From: a virus
Lineage: Duplodnaviria > Caudoviricetes
DNA length: 31,875 nt
Reading direction: 5' to 3' (one strand)
IMG/VR virus record: IMGVR_UViG_3300017747_002499
Location: 1 to 31,875 of that record
Shown here: positions 9,244 through 17,984 of the stretch, one piece after another
Position numbering within the stretch: position 1 is the stretch's first letter
How the letters are laid out: every line of letters starts with the position of its first letter
The notes under the pieces: model-generated
What the model was told of the DNA's origin: nothing
What the model saw: the letters and a program-made list of their open reading frames with translations, nothing else
Databases searched by the model: none
Program-made: the position numbers and the translations under genes

Positions 9244-10095
9244 ATGCCCGGTGGTGACGATCCCGAACCGCAGACGATCACGCAGCAGGCCAATTCGAGC
9301 CCGTGGAGTGAGCAGCAGCCCTTTCTGAAGACAGGGTTTCAATCGGCACAGGATAACGTGCTGAACCGCCCGCTTCAGTATTTCGGGGGATCAACCGTTG
9401 TCGGCTTCGACCCGGCGACGGAACAGTCCCTCAACATGACGCAGCAGCGGGCGACGGCGGGGTCTCCCCTCCTGGGTCAAGCTCAGGGCGAGATCGGCAA
9501 GACCCTCTCGGGAGACTACCTCAACCAGGGCAATCCCGCCTTCCAGGGCATGCTTGAGCGATCGATCAGCCCGATCCGGCAGGAGTATCAACAGACCGTC
9601 GTTCCTGGCTTGAACGGCAGTTTTGCCGGGGCCGGACGGTACGGCTCGAACGCCTTCCAGACGGCACGCGGGCAGGCGGCGGATTCCTACATGCGGAACG
9701 TCGGCGATGTGGCCTCCGGTCTTGCGTATGCGAACTACGGCGATGAACGCGGCCGGATGCAGACGGCAGCCGGTCTCGCGCCCTCCCTCGCTCAGGCGGA
9801 CTATGCCGATGCCGGCATGCTGGGTCAGGTCGGCGCGGCCCGCGAGGGTCAGGCGCAAGCCCAGCTACAGGACCAGGTGAACCGCTTCAACTTCCAGCAG
9901 TCCGAACCGACCAACCGCTTGGCCCAGTACATGGGCCTCATTGGTGGGGGGTATGGTGGACAGTCCACCTCTTCCCAGGTGGTCCCGGCGGGGCAGGGTT
10001 CCAACCCGCTCCTGACGGCCCTGGGTATCGGGGCGACGGGGACCGGCATCGCGAACACGCTCTTCAATCCGATGTCCGGCTTGTTCGGGAGGTAG
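9244..10095 (+). CDS. DNA ejection / internal virion protein
   Basis: Gln/Gly/Ala-rich; PW...QPFL and FAGAGRYGS motifs; hydrophobic Gly-rich C-terminus. Confidence 0.75.
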   Translation: MPGGDDPEPQTITQQANSSPWSEQQPFLKTGFQSAQDNVLNRPLQYFGGSTVVGFDPATEQSLNMTQQRATAGSPLLGQAQGEIGKTLSGDYLNQGNPAFQGMLERSISPIRQEYQQTVVPGLNGSFAGAGRYGSNAFQTARGQAADSYMRNVGDVASGLAYANYGDERGRMQTAAGLAPSLAQADYADAGMLGQVGAAREGQAQAQLQDQVNRFNFQQSEPTNRLAQYMGLIGGGYGGQSTSSQVVPAGQGSNPLLTALGIGATGTGIANTLFNPMSGLFGR

Positions 10096-10098
10096 CCC

Positions 10099-11487
10099 AT
10101 GCCCCTATTCGATCAGGCTTTCTTCCAGAAGCCCGGCGTCAACGAGTTCCTGTTGCAGACGGGCCTTGGCCTGATGGCGGCGGGACAACCCATGCCGTTG
10201 GGGCAGAACCGCTTCCAGGTGGCGGCCCAGGGTCTGCAATCGGGCATCACGTCGCGGAACCAGGCGGAACAGATCGCCCAACTTGAGGGCTTCCGCAAGG
10301 CGCAGACGGCGGAAATGGAACGCAAGGCGGCGGAAGACCAGCGCAAGAGCGTTGTGCAAAGCCGCTTCGCCAACTCCCTTCGGGGGATGGGCACGGGCGA
10401 CGCGGCAGGCCCCCGCGCCGGCCTCATGGGGCAGAACCCGCAAGGCGGCCTGATGGCTGATCTTGTCGAGATCGGCCAGGGCGATGCCGTCGCCTCGGCC
10501 TTGCTGCGCCCGCCGGCAGAGACACAGCGGCCGTTCGCGGTGGCCCCGGGCAGTCGGGTGTTCGATCCGGTGACGCGGCAGGAAATCTTTTCTGCCCCCG
10601 CCAATGAGTCCGACAAACGGACGCCGCAGATGCTCAACGCCGAAGCCATGGGCCTGCGCCCGGGCACGCCGCAGTATAACGCCTACTTGCGGAGCACGAC
10701 GGATCGCGGCACGACCTCGTATGCGCCGGTTGAAATCCTTGATCCGAAGTCCCCGACAGGCCGGCGATACGCTACCCGAGATGAAGCGTTCGGGCAGCCC
10801 GCCCCAACGTCCGGTTTCGAGATGTACTATGACGATCAGGGCCGCCCGGCTTTCCGCATGGGCGGCGGCACCGGCAGCTTGGAGAAGTCGGCGAAGGCAG
10901 AGCAGGAGAAGTCCTACCTCGCTATGTCCGATCAGTTGCAGATGACGCAGAACACGCGGGCCAGCTACCAGCCCCGGTTTGCAACGCTCGGTGGCAAGTG
11001 GGACAACCTTTCGAATGCAACGAAGGAAAGCCTTGGGTTTGAGCTTTCGCCGCAGGAAAAGCGCGACCTTGAGGACTTCACGGCGTTCCGCGCCGACAAT
11101 GGCGAGTCGTTCGCCAAGACGATGAAGGAAATGTCGGGCGCAGCGGTCACCACATCGGAGGCTCCGCGTCAGGAGATTTACCTGCCGAAGACCGGAACGG
11201 GGATTTTCGATGGCGACAGCCCGACCCAGTTCGAGGCCAAGCTGAACCGTCAGGAGGCGTATCTGTCCGCCGCCATGTGGCGGAAGAAGAACCTTCTCGA
11301 CAAGGGCATTGACCTCAAGACGGCATCAACCAACGCCCCCCTTTACGCTCGCAACCCGAAGAGCGGCGAAAAGCTGTGGCTGCACGATTACGTATCAAAG
11401 GCCCAGGCGGCCAACCCGAACGCCCCCATTGACCAGATTCTTGACAATTGGGCCAAGAATTATCAGAGGCTGTCCGTGAATGGCTGA
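10099..11487 (+). CDS. DNA ejection / internal virion protein
   Basis: LLQTGLGLMAAG N-motif and SGAAVTTSE motif; helical; sits in the ejection cluster. Confidence 0.7.
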   Translation: MPLFDQAFFQKPGVNEFLLQTGLGLMAAGQPMPLGQNRFQVAAQGLQSGITSRNQAEQIAQLEGFRKAQTAEMERKAAEDQRKSVVQSRFANSLRGMGTGDAAGPRAGLMGQNPQGGLMADLVEIGQGDAVASALLRPPAETQRPFAVAPGSRVFDPVTRQEIFSAPANESDKRTPQMLNAEAMGLRPGTPQYNAYLRSTTDRGTTSYAPVEILDPKSPTGRRYATRDEAFGQPAPTSGFEMYYDDQGRPAFRMGGGTGSLEKSAKAEQEKSYLAMSDQLQMTQNTRASYQPRFATLGGKWDNLSNATKESLGFELSPQEKRDLEDFTAFRADNGESFAKTMKEMSGAAVTTSEAPRQEIYLPKTGTGIFDGDSPTQFEAKLNRQEAYLSAAMWRKKNLLDKGIDLKTASTNAPLYARNPKSGEKLWLHDYVSKAQAANPNAPIDQILDNWAKNYQRLSVNG

Positions 11488-12862
11488 CATCAATCCGGGG
11501 TGGGACCCTAACTTTGTCGATCCGTTCGACACGCCAGCCCCGCAACCCGCCGCCCCGCAGGCGACCCCGGCCGGGCAGGGCCGCAAAGGCACCATTTTGC
11601 CGATCAACATCGACGCGGGCGGCAACCTGTCCTTTGACAGCAGCGCGGGCATTCTTGGTGCGTTGAAGGACGCGGCCACACTGCCCGCCGATGTTATGGC
11701 CGGGCGCGTGAACCCGATGGGGCCGGAGGCTGTGGGCCGCAACCTCAACTTCGCTTCGTTCGCCACGCCCTTGGCGGCTTCCATGCGGGCCGGTGAACGG
11801 ATGATCCCGGGGGCGATGACGGCGCGACGCACGCCCGAGAACGTCGCCCCGCCCTCGGCTCAGATGCTCAAGGATACGCGAAACGCCCAATACGACGCCG
11901 TGCGCGACATGGGCGTTGACTATAAGGCCGAAGCCGTCACAGGATTGGCGGCGAAGATCAAGCAAGATTTGGAACGAGAAGGATTCCGCGATCTACAGGC
12001 CCCCGGCACGTTCAAGATCATCGAGGAACTGCTGAATGCACCTCCTGGGTCGGTCGCGTCAATCCACGGGCTTGACAGTGCCCGCAAAGGCTTCCTCAAA
12101 GCCAAAGGAAACTTTGGCAATCCAACTGAGCAGGAAGCGGCACGGCTCGCCATCGACGCCCTGGACGGTTTCATTAAGGCTGCTGATCCGGAGACTGTTG
12201 TGGCTGGACCCGCTGCCGAAGCGGCGCGAACCATTACAGACGCACGCGGAAATCATGCCGCCTTCAAGCGATCCGAGGACATCACCGGCCTTGAAAGCAG
12301 AGCCGAACTTCGCGCTGCCGCCGCCAACTCCGGAAAGAATATTGGCAATACCCTTCGCCAGCGGCTTGCCGATATCCTCACTCAAGCCAAAAAGGGACGA
12401 GGTTTCTCTGCCGAGGAAAAAGCCCTCATAGAACGGGCCGTCAAAGGCGACTTCGGCACCAATCTCGCCCGCGACGTTGGCAATGCCCTTGGCGGCGGCG
12501 GCGGGGTTGCCCTTCCCATTATGTCGGCCATGGGGGCCGGTCCTGGCATAGCAACCGGCGACGCCGTGACGACGGCAATTGGCGCTGTGGGCGTCCCCGC
12601 GCTGGGCCTTGGTGCTCGCAAATTCTCGAACGCCATGACCTCGCGCCGTGTCAAAGAGATTGACGAGGCTACGCGAGCCCGCTCCCCGCTGTTCGAGAAG
12701 ATGAAGGGCCAAGCCCCGGCTGCCGATCCGGTGACGGCAGGGAGAGAGGCTTTGGCCCGGCTAACGGGGGCGCAGATAACGCCGCCCGTGCGCCCGCCCG
12801 CCGATGCCATCGCGCCATGGCTGCGGCGACTGCTCGGCCTGCCCGACATGAGCGGCACCTAA
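11480..12862 (+). CDS. DNA ejection / internal virion protein
   Basis: Ala-rich helical protein with a Gly-rich hydrophobic C-terminal segment; last gene before the tail fibre. Confidence 0.7.
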   Translation: MADINPGWDPNFVDPFDTPAPQPAAPQATPAGQGRKGTILPINIDAGGNLSFDSSAGILGALKDAATLPADVMAGRVNPMGPEAVGRNLNFASFATPLAASMRAGERMIPGAMTARRTPENVAPPSAQMLKDTRNAQYDAVRDMGVDYKAEAVTGLAAKIKQDLEREGFRDLQAPGTFKIIEELLNAPPGSVASIHGLDSARKGFLKAKGNFGNPTEQEAARLAIDALDGFIKAADPETVVAGPAAEAARTITDARGNHAAFKRSEDITGLESRAELRAAAANSGKNIGNTLRQRLADILTQAKKGRGFSAEEKALIERAVKGDFGTNLARDVGNALGGGGGVALPIMSAMGAGPGIATGDAVTTAIGAVGVPALGLGARKFSNAMTSRRVKEIDEATRARSPLFEKMKGQAPAADPVTAGREALARLTGAQITPPVRPPADAIAPWLRRLLGLPDMSGT

Positions 12863-13485
12863 CGCCGCGAGTGAAGCGGTAGAGTCAAGGCTTCCTCGAC
12901 GGACCATCCGAGCTTGTCCATGCGACGGGCGATAGTCTCGCGCTTGATGCCGGTGCGACGCGACCACTGCTGAAGGGTCATTTCCTCGCCGTTGTGGGCC
13001 AGCCGACGGTTGTTGGTTCGATTGTTCTCCTGCTCAGTCATCGTCGCCCAGCGGCAATTTCCCGGGTCGTAGCCCTTGGCGTTGTCGATCCGGTCGATGG
13101 TGTGCTTGTTCGTTGGCGGCTCGCCCATGTCGGCAAGAAAGTCCTCAAAGGAATTGCGCCACCGTTCGCAGACAGGCGGCTGCTCCTTGTATTGCTGGCG
13201 GTAAGCCAGACCGCCCCAGATCGTATAGACGCGGCTCTGCCCAGAACGCTTGGAATGGCCGTGTTTCGTGCTGCGTTTAATGCAAGCTGCCGAAATGGCG
13301 GCCTTGCCCACGCAGCCGCAAGAAGTAATCCGACCGCCGGTTAGATTTCCGGCTCGCGTGATCTTTTCGTAACCGCAGTCGCAACGGCACCGCCATAGCC
13401 GGTTGCCGAACTTATCGAACCCTACGTGGCTGATCGCCACGAGGCTACCGAAGCGAAGGCCCGCAAGGTCTTTGGGCGCAGGCAT
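12859..13485 (-). CDS. HNH-like homing endonuclease, antisense to the late operon
   Basis: DLAGLRFGSL, WRCRCDCG, TSCGC, VCERW, SFEDFLADMG and TIDRIDNAKGYDPGNCRWAT motifs; AAGGAG RBS. Confidence 0.85.
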   Translation of the reverse strand: MPAPKDLAGLRFGSLVAISHVGFDKFGNRLWRCRCDCGYEKITRAGNLTGGRITSCGCVGKAAISAACIKRSTKHGHSKRSGQSRVYTIWGGLAYRQQYKEQPPVCERWRNSFEDFLADMGEPPTNKHTIDRIDNAKGYDPGNCRWATMTEQENNRTNNRRLAHNGEEMTLQQWSRRTGIKRETIARRMDKLGWSVEEALTLPLHSRR

Positions 13486-13498
13486 GAGGTACTCCTTA

Positions 13499-14656
13499 AT
13501 GAAAAACCGTCGCAATCCAGTATACGGGCGCAACCTTTTTGCGTCAATCATCGCCGCCCTGCTTGTGTCTATTTTCCCGCAGAAAATGGCTCTATCTGCG
13601 GAAATAAATGACCTGAACCAAGTCGATGCTAATAACACCGCAAGGTTTCCAGAGGGACAAAGCCCCGGCTCCGTAAACGATGCCGCCCGCGCCCTTGAAG
13701 GCATCATCGCCCGGTTCTATGGCGACATCGGCGGGCGGGTGACGACGACGGGCACGGCAACGGCTTACGCCTACGCGGCAACGCAGGCGATTTCCGCCCT
13801 CTATGACGGCCTCATCCTCACCTTCGACGCCCACACCACGAACACGGGGTCTGCGACCCTCGCGGTGGATGGGCTGTCGGCAACCACACTGAAGAAGCAC
13901 AACGACCAGAACCTTGCTGCCGGGGATATCGAAGCCGGGCAGAAGGTCATGGTCGTTTATGATGGGACAAACTTTCAGCTTCTGTCGGGTCTCGCCAATG
14001 CGCCCTTGACCGCTGTGTCCGGGGATACGGCCCCAACGTTGGGCGGCAATCTGGCCGGTGGCGGTTATGCCATTTCCAACCTCTCGTCCATCGCGGCGAC
14101 GGCGATTTCCGAAGGGGTGACAAGGGTTGCCCTGGTCGGTCGTCGTACCGTCTGGATACCAGCGGGCGCGATGGTGGCCTCGGCCACGTCGGGCGCGGCA
14201 TCGGCCCGGGTGCAGACCACGGCCACGCGCCCTGATCTTAACGTGCTCGACTTCGACCCATCGACCCGTGAGCACGCGCAGTTCAACGTCGCCTTTCCTA
14301 AAAGTTGGGATAATTCGACGCTCAAATATCAATACTATTGGACAGAAACATCGGGCAGCAGCACGGCGGGGGTTGTCCTTGGCGTCCAGTGCGTCGCCGC
14401 TGCCGATGGCGACACTATCGATGTCGCTTACGGCACGGCGGTCACGGCGGCGGATAACGCGCAGAGCACGTCTAAAGATTTGCTGATCAGCGCCGAAAGC
14501 AGCCCCATTACCGTTGCCGGCTCGCCGGGCGCTGGCGAACTCACCTTCTGCCAAGTCTACCGGGATGTGTCCGACAGCGGCGACACCTTCGCGGCTGACA
14601 TGCGGCTGTTGGGTCTCAAGCTGTTCTACACCACAACGTCCGGGAACGACTCATGA
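13499..14656 (+). CDS. Tail fibre/spike protein with probable N-terminal signal peptide
   Basis: GAGGT RBS before ATG 13499. Basic MKNRRN, hydrophobic LFASIIAALLVSIF, then ALS/AE. Anchor-like ANNTARFPEGQSPGSVNDAAR, DTAPTLGGNL repeat and a C-terminal TVWIPA...FPKSWD domain. Confidence 0.8.
   Translation: MKNRRNPVYGRNLFASIIAALLVSIFPQKMALSAEINDLNQVDANNTARFPEGQSPGSVNDAARALEGIIARFYGDIGGRVTTTGTATAYAYAATQAISALYDGLILTFDAHTTNTGSATLAVDGLSATTLKKHNDQNLAAGDIEAGQKVMVVYDGTNFQLLSGLANAPLTAVSGDTAPTLGGNLAGGGYAISNLSSIAATAISEGVTRVALVGRRTVWIPAGAMVASATSGAASARVQTTATRPDLNVLDFDPSTREHAQFNVAFPKSWDNSTLKYQYYWTETSGSSTAGVVLGVQCVAAADGDTIDVAYGTAVTAADNAQSTSKDLLISAESSPITVAGSPGAGELTFCQVYRDVSDSGDTFAADMRLLGLKLFYTTTSGNDS
13519..13547 (-). 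promoter_or_regulatory. Sigma70-type promoter for the antisense HNH gene
   Basis: TTGACG-17 nt-TATACT on the minus strand, about 35 nt upstream of the HNH start. Confidence 0.75.
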
Positions 14657-15264
14657 AGTGGCTTTTAATCGCCCTTCTGTGGGCGTTCCCGGCCCGGGCG
14701 CAGCTTGAGGTCAACCAGCTTATCGGCTTTGGCGCGGGCGGCGATATCACCAAGTCCTCGGCCACTGGCGAGTGGTCCGGCGCAACGGCGAGCTACACCT
14801 TCTCCGGGGATGATGTGGTCAACACGGCGGGCGACCGCTGGATCAGGACCATCGATAGCTTCGCCGGTGACTTTTACGTGACGTTCAAGATTCATTTCGG
14901 ATCGAACGTCAACACGGTGTTCGGCTTCTATCCGATTTCCGCCGATGCCTCGTTCAGCCAGAACGACACGTCATCCGCCTCCGGCTATGCCGACATTTCG
15001 GACGAGACCGGGGCTTACATCATCAAGCGGGGCGGCGGGGCGTCTGACCTCTCCATCCGTCACGCCGATATCGAGAAGGACACCGACACCTTTACGGCCG
15101 GTGACACGCTGATCTTTCGTCGTGTGGGGACAGCCGTCACGCTTGAAAAAAACGGCTCCGTCATAACGTCCTTCGCCGATGCGAGTTCCGGCGAGGTTCG
15201 CCTGTTCGGCGGCGGCGCGGTCACCTCGAATCTGGATATCCGCGATGTGAGTTGGACTCAGTAA
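14653..15264 (+). CDS. Tail-fibre-associated putative receptor-binding protein with Sec signal peptide
   Basis: ATGA overlap; MKWLLIALLWAFPARA/Q signal, then the VNQLIGFGAGG motif seen at N-termini of fibre-partner proteins; beta-sandwich-like body. Confidence 0.65.
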   Translation: MKWLLIALLWAFPARAQLEVNQLIGFGAGGDITKSSATGEWSGATASYTFSGDDVVNTAGDRWIRTIDSFAGDFYVTFKIHFGSNVNTVFGFYPISADASFSQNDTSSASGYADISDETGAYIIKRGGGASDLSIRHADIEKDTDTFTAGDTLIFRRVGTAVTLEKNGSVITSFADASSGEVRLFGGGAVTSNLDIRDVSWTQ

Positions 15265-15375
15265 GGAAGCGGACCCGGCAGCCCTCGCAAGACTGCCGAG
15301 CCCTGACCGCAACCCCTGCTACGAACAGGAGACACGGCTGATGGCGACGCTAGAGAGATTCAGGAGCGCCGGCAA

Positions 15376-15696
15376 GTGACGGAAGCTGACGACAACCTTC
15401 AACGGTCCCTTGGCCGCATCATGGCGCAGAACGATGAGCACGCCCGTCAACTGACGGCGCTGTTCGTTCAGTTGGACGCGATGAAACGGGACATTGCCGA
15501 GACATCCGGCCTTGCCAAAGAAGCCATTCGGCAAGGCGTCGAGAACGCCCGCGTCATTCACAGCGAAATTCAACCAATCACCGATGACTACAAGAACCTC
15601 AAGGCTAAGGGTTACGGCGTCCTTTCGGTGGTTGCCTTGATCGGAGGCGGGGCGGCCATCGCGCTAGAAGCCATCATCAAGGGGTGGAAAGGATGA
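15376..15696 (+). CDS. Coiled-coil protein with C-terminal TM helix (DUF1515-like)
   Basis: AGGAG RBS; coiled coil followed by GYGVLSVVALIGGGAAIAL. Confidence 0.65.
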   Translation: MTEADDNLQRSLGRIMAQNDEHARQLTALFVQLDAMKRDIAETSGLAKEAIRQGVENARVIHSEIQPITDDYKNLKAKGYGVLSVVALIGGGAAIALEAIIKGWKG

Positions 15697-16028
15697 TCGC
15701 CTTAGCCCTAGCCATCCTGATCGGCCAGCCAGGCAGCATGGTTCCCTTCAGGTCCGTCTGTATGTCGCCTGATCCATTGGCGCAGATGTCGTCTGTTCAG
15801 CAGGCGCAGGGCATGGCGGCCGGCGTCTCCATCTGGCGGGACGCGGTGGCCGATGGAACATGCGTGGAACTCCCGATATCCGTTGCCGGCGTCCTCGGGG
15901 ACAAGCTGGGTTCCTGGCACGGCACGCACCAGGACCGGACCTACAGGTGGTCGCTGTGGACCGTCGATTTTAAGGGCGTGACGCTGTTCGGCCTTTTCCC
16001 CGACGATGAAGACGGGCCGTCCGCATGA
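15693..16028 (+). CDS. Hypothetical protein with hydrophobic N-terminus
   Basis: ATGA overlaps at both ends; MIALALAILIG start; two Cys. Confidence 0.6.
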   Translation: MIALALAILIGQPGSMVPFRSVCMSPDPLAQMSSVQQAQGMAAGVSIWRDAVADGTCVELPISVAGVLGDKLGSWHGTHQDRTYRWSLWTVDFKGVTLFGLFPDDEDGPSA

Positions 16029-17194
16029 GCGTGGACCCGGCACTACGGGAGTTTGCCACCGAAACGCAGTGGGCCGCTTACATCGCTTTTGATGAGCATG
16101 GCGGCTATCGGCAGGCAGCGCGGGCGTGTGGCTACAAGTCAGAGAACGCCATCCGCGACGCCGTCAATCACCTCTTCAAAAAGGCCGCCCTTCGCGGATA
16201 CTCCCCGCCCCACGACATGACCCGCGTCGTCCCTGACGGCTACCACGTCAAAGGGGTTTCGACCTACTACGGCCAGGACGGAAAGCCGGCGGGGCAGTGG
16301 GTCAAGTCATCCATCGACCGCGAACGGCAGGAAGAAATCTTCCGCGAGGCGCTGGCGGCCATGGCAGAGACCTTGCCACGGTCCAAGCCCGCCCCCGGCC
16401 CGAAGCACCCTGCCTCCCATCTGATGGCCTGCTATCCCATCGGGGATCACCATTTGGGCATGTTGAGTTGGCACCAGGAGACCGGGGCTGACTACGACCT
16501 CGACATCGGCGAACGGCTTCTCATAGGGGCCATCGATCACCTTGTCGGATCGGTCCCGTCCTGCGAACGAAGCGTCGTGGCGATCCTAGGCGACTATCTG
16601 CACATCGATTCATTCGACCCGGTCACCCCCGCGAGCCGCAATTTATTGGATGCGGACGGCAGATTTCCTAAGTTAGTGCGTGCAGGAATACGCTGTTCCA
16701 GGTATACTATTGAGGCGTCCAAACGCCATCATCAACATGTATTGGTTATCGTTGAGATTGGTAATCATGATCCTTCCTCAGCTATATTCCTGGCGGAGTG
16801 TCTTGCCAATATCTACGAAAACGACCCGCGCGTTACGGTCGATACCTCGCCACGCCATTTCCATTATTTCGAATTCGGTAAATGTCTCGTCGGCGTACAC
16901 CATGGGCACGGCGTGAAGATGGCCGATCTTCCACTGATCATGGCGACGGACAAGCCGGAAGAATGGGGCCGCACCGAGTATCGGTATTGGTGGACGGGGC
17001 ACGTTCATCACGATCAGGCCAAGGACTTTGCTGGCGTCCGCGTCGAAAGTTTTCGGGTACTACCTCCGACAGACGCATGGGCCGCCAATAAGGGTTACCG
17101 CTCACTACGCGATATGAAAGCCATCGTGCTGCACCGTGACCACGGTGAAGTAGCGCGACACATCGTCAACCCCTCGATGATCGCGGCTGCATGA
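16025..17194 (+). CDS. Calcineurin-like metallophosphoesterase with N-terminal HTH-like region
   Basis: GDHH, LGDYLH, GNHD, HHGH and GHVHH motifs. Confidence 0.85.
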   Translation: MSVDPALREFATETQWAAYIAFDEHGGYRQAARACGYKSENAIRDAVNHLFKKAALRGYSPPHDMTRVVPDGYHVKGVSTYYGQDGKPAGQWVKSSIDRERQEEIFREALAAMAETLPRSKPAPGPKHPASHLMACYPIGDHHLGMLSWHQETGADYDLDIGERLLIGAIDHLVGSVPSCERSVVAILGDYLHIDSFDPVTPASRNLLDADGRFPKLVRAGIRCSRYTIEASKRHHQHVLVIVEIGNHDPSSAIFLAECLANIYENDPRVTVDTSPRHFHYFEFGKCLVGVHHGHGVKMADLPLIMATDKPEEWGRTEYRYWWTGHVHHDQAKDFAGVRVESFRVLPPTDAWAANKGYRSLRDMKAIVLHRDHGEVARHIVNPSMIAAA

Positions 17195-17766
17195 TGGATG
17201 CGATTGTCTCGCGGTCGGAGGCGAAGGCATCCGGTTCCCGCCATTATTTCCCAGGAACGCCGTGCAAGCGCGCCCATGTTGCGGCGCGGTTTACGTCTAC
17301 CGGGCAATGCACAGCGTGCATGACGGAGAGAACGAAGAACCAGACGGCGAGCGGGTTCTATAAGGAGAACTACAAAAAGACGCGGGCTGCCCGATCAGAG
17401 CAAAGCCGCCAGAGTTACCTCCTGAACCGTGAAGAGCGGATCAAAAAAGCCGCCGAGTGGGCCAGCGAAAACCAGGATCGTCGCCGCGCCATAAGCATGT
17501 CCTACAAGGCTCGCCGCCGGTCGCAAGAGGCGGGCGGCATTTCCACGGCTGATCTGTCGGCGTGGCTAAAGAAGCAAAAGAAGACCTGTCATTGGTGCGG
17601 GCGGTCATGCCGGGAGCGCTTCCATGTTGATCATGTCATGCCCCTTTCCAAGGGCGGCAAACATGAGCGCGAGAACCTCGTTATCGCATGCCCAACCTGC
17701 AATCTCACCAAGAACGCGACGGACCCGTATGTCTTCGCCGCTCGGATAGGACGGCTGCTCCCATGA
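17191..17766 (+). CDS. HNH endonuclease
   Basis: CHWC...HVDHVMPLSKGGKHERENLVIACPTCNLTK; N-terminal YFPGTPCKRAH...CTAC. Confidence 0.9.
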   Translation: MMDAIVSRSEAKASGSRHYFPGTPCKRAHVAARFTSTGQCTACMTERTKNQTASGFYKENYKKTRAARSEQSRQSYLLNREERIKKAAEWASENQDRRRAISMSYKARRRSQEAGGISTADLSAWLKKQKKTCHWCGRSCRERFHVDHVMPLSKGGKHERENLVIACPTCNLTKNATDPYVFAARIGRLLP

Positions 17767-17984
17767 CCGCCGACATCGTCGCCTTCCCCGGCCCCACAAC
17801 GGCTGACATCCCTGCCGATCAGGTATTGCAGGCCGCCATCGATCACGGGATGGAGGACGTGATTGTCATCGGCTGGACGACTGACGGCGACCTCTACGCC
17901 GCGACCTCTGGCGGTTCTGTCGGGGACAACCTCCTTCTGTTGGAACTGGCGCGGCGCAACCTCATTGAGGGCATGTTCGAATGA
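17763..17984 (+). CDS. Conserved small phage protein
   Basis: ATGA overlaps; VL..A...VIVIGW..DG.LY pattern. Confidence 0.65.
   Translation: MTADIVAFPGPTTADIPADQVLQAAIDHGMEDVIVIGWTTDGDLYAATSGGSVGDNLLLLELARRNLIEGMFE

Noticed and set aside
192-14554. Long minus-strand ORFs such as 192-908, 1225-2268, 6539-7615 and 13592-14554
   Set aside because: Antisense shadows of codon-biased genes in a GC-rich genome; no motifs or RBS recognised.
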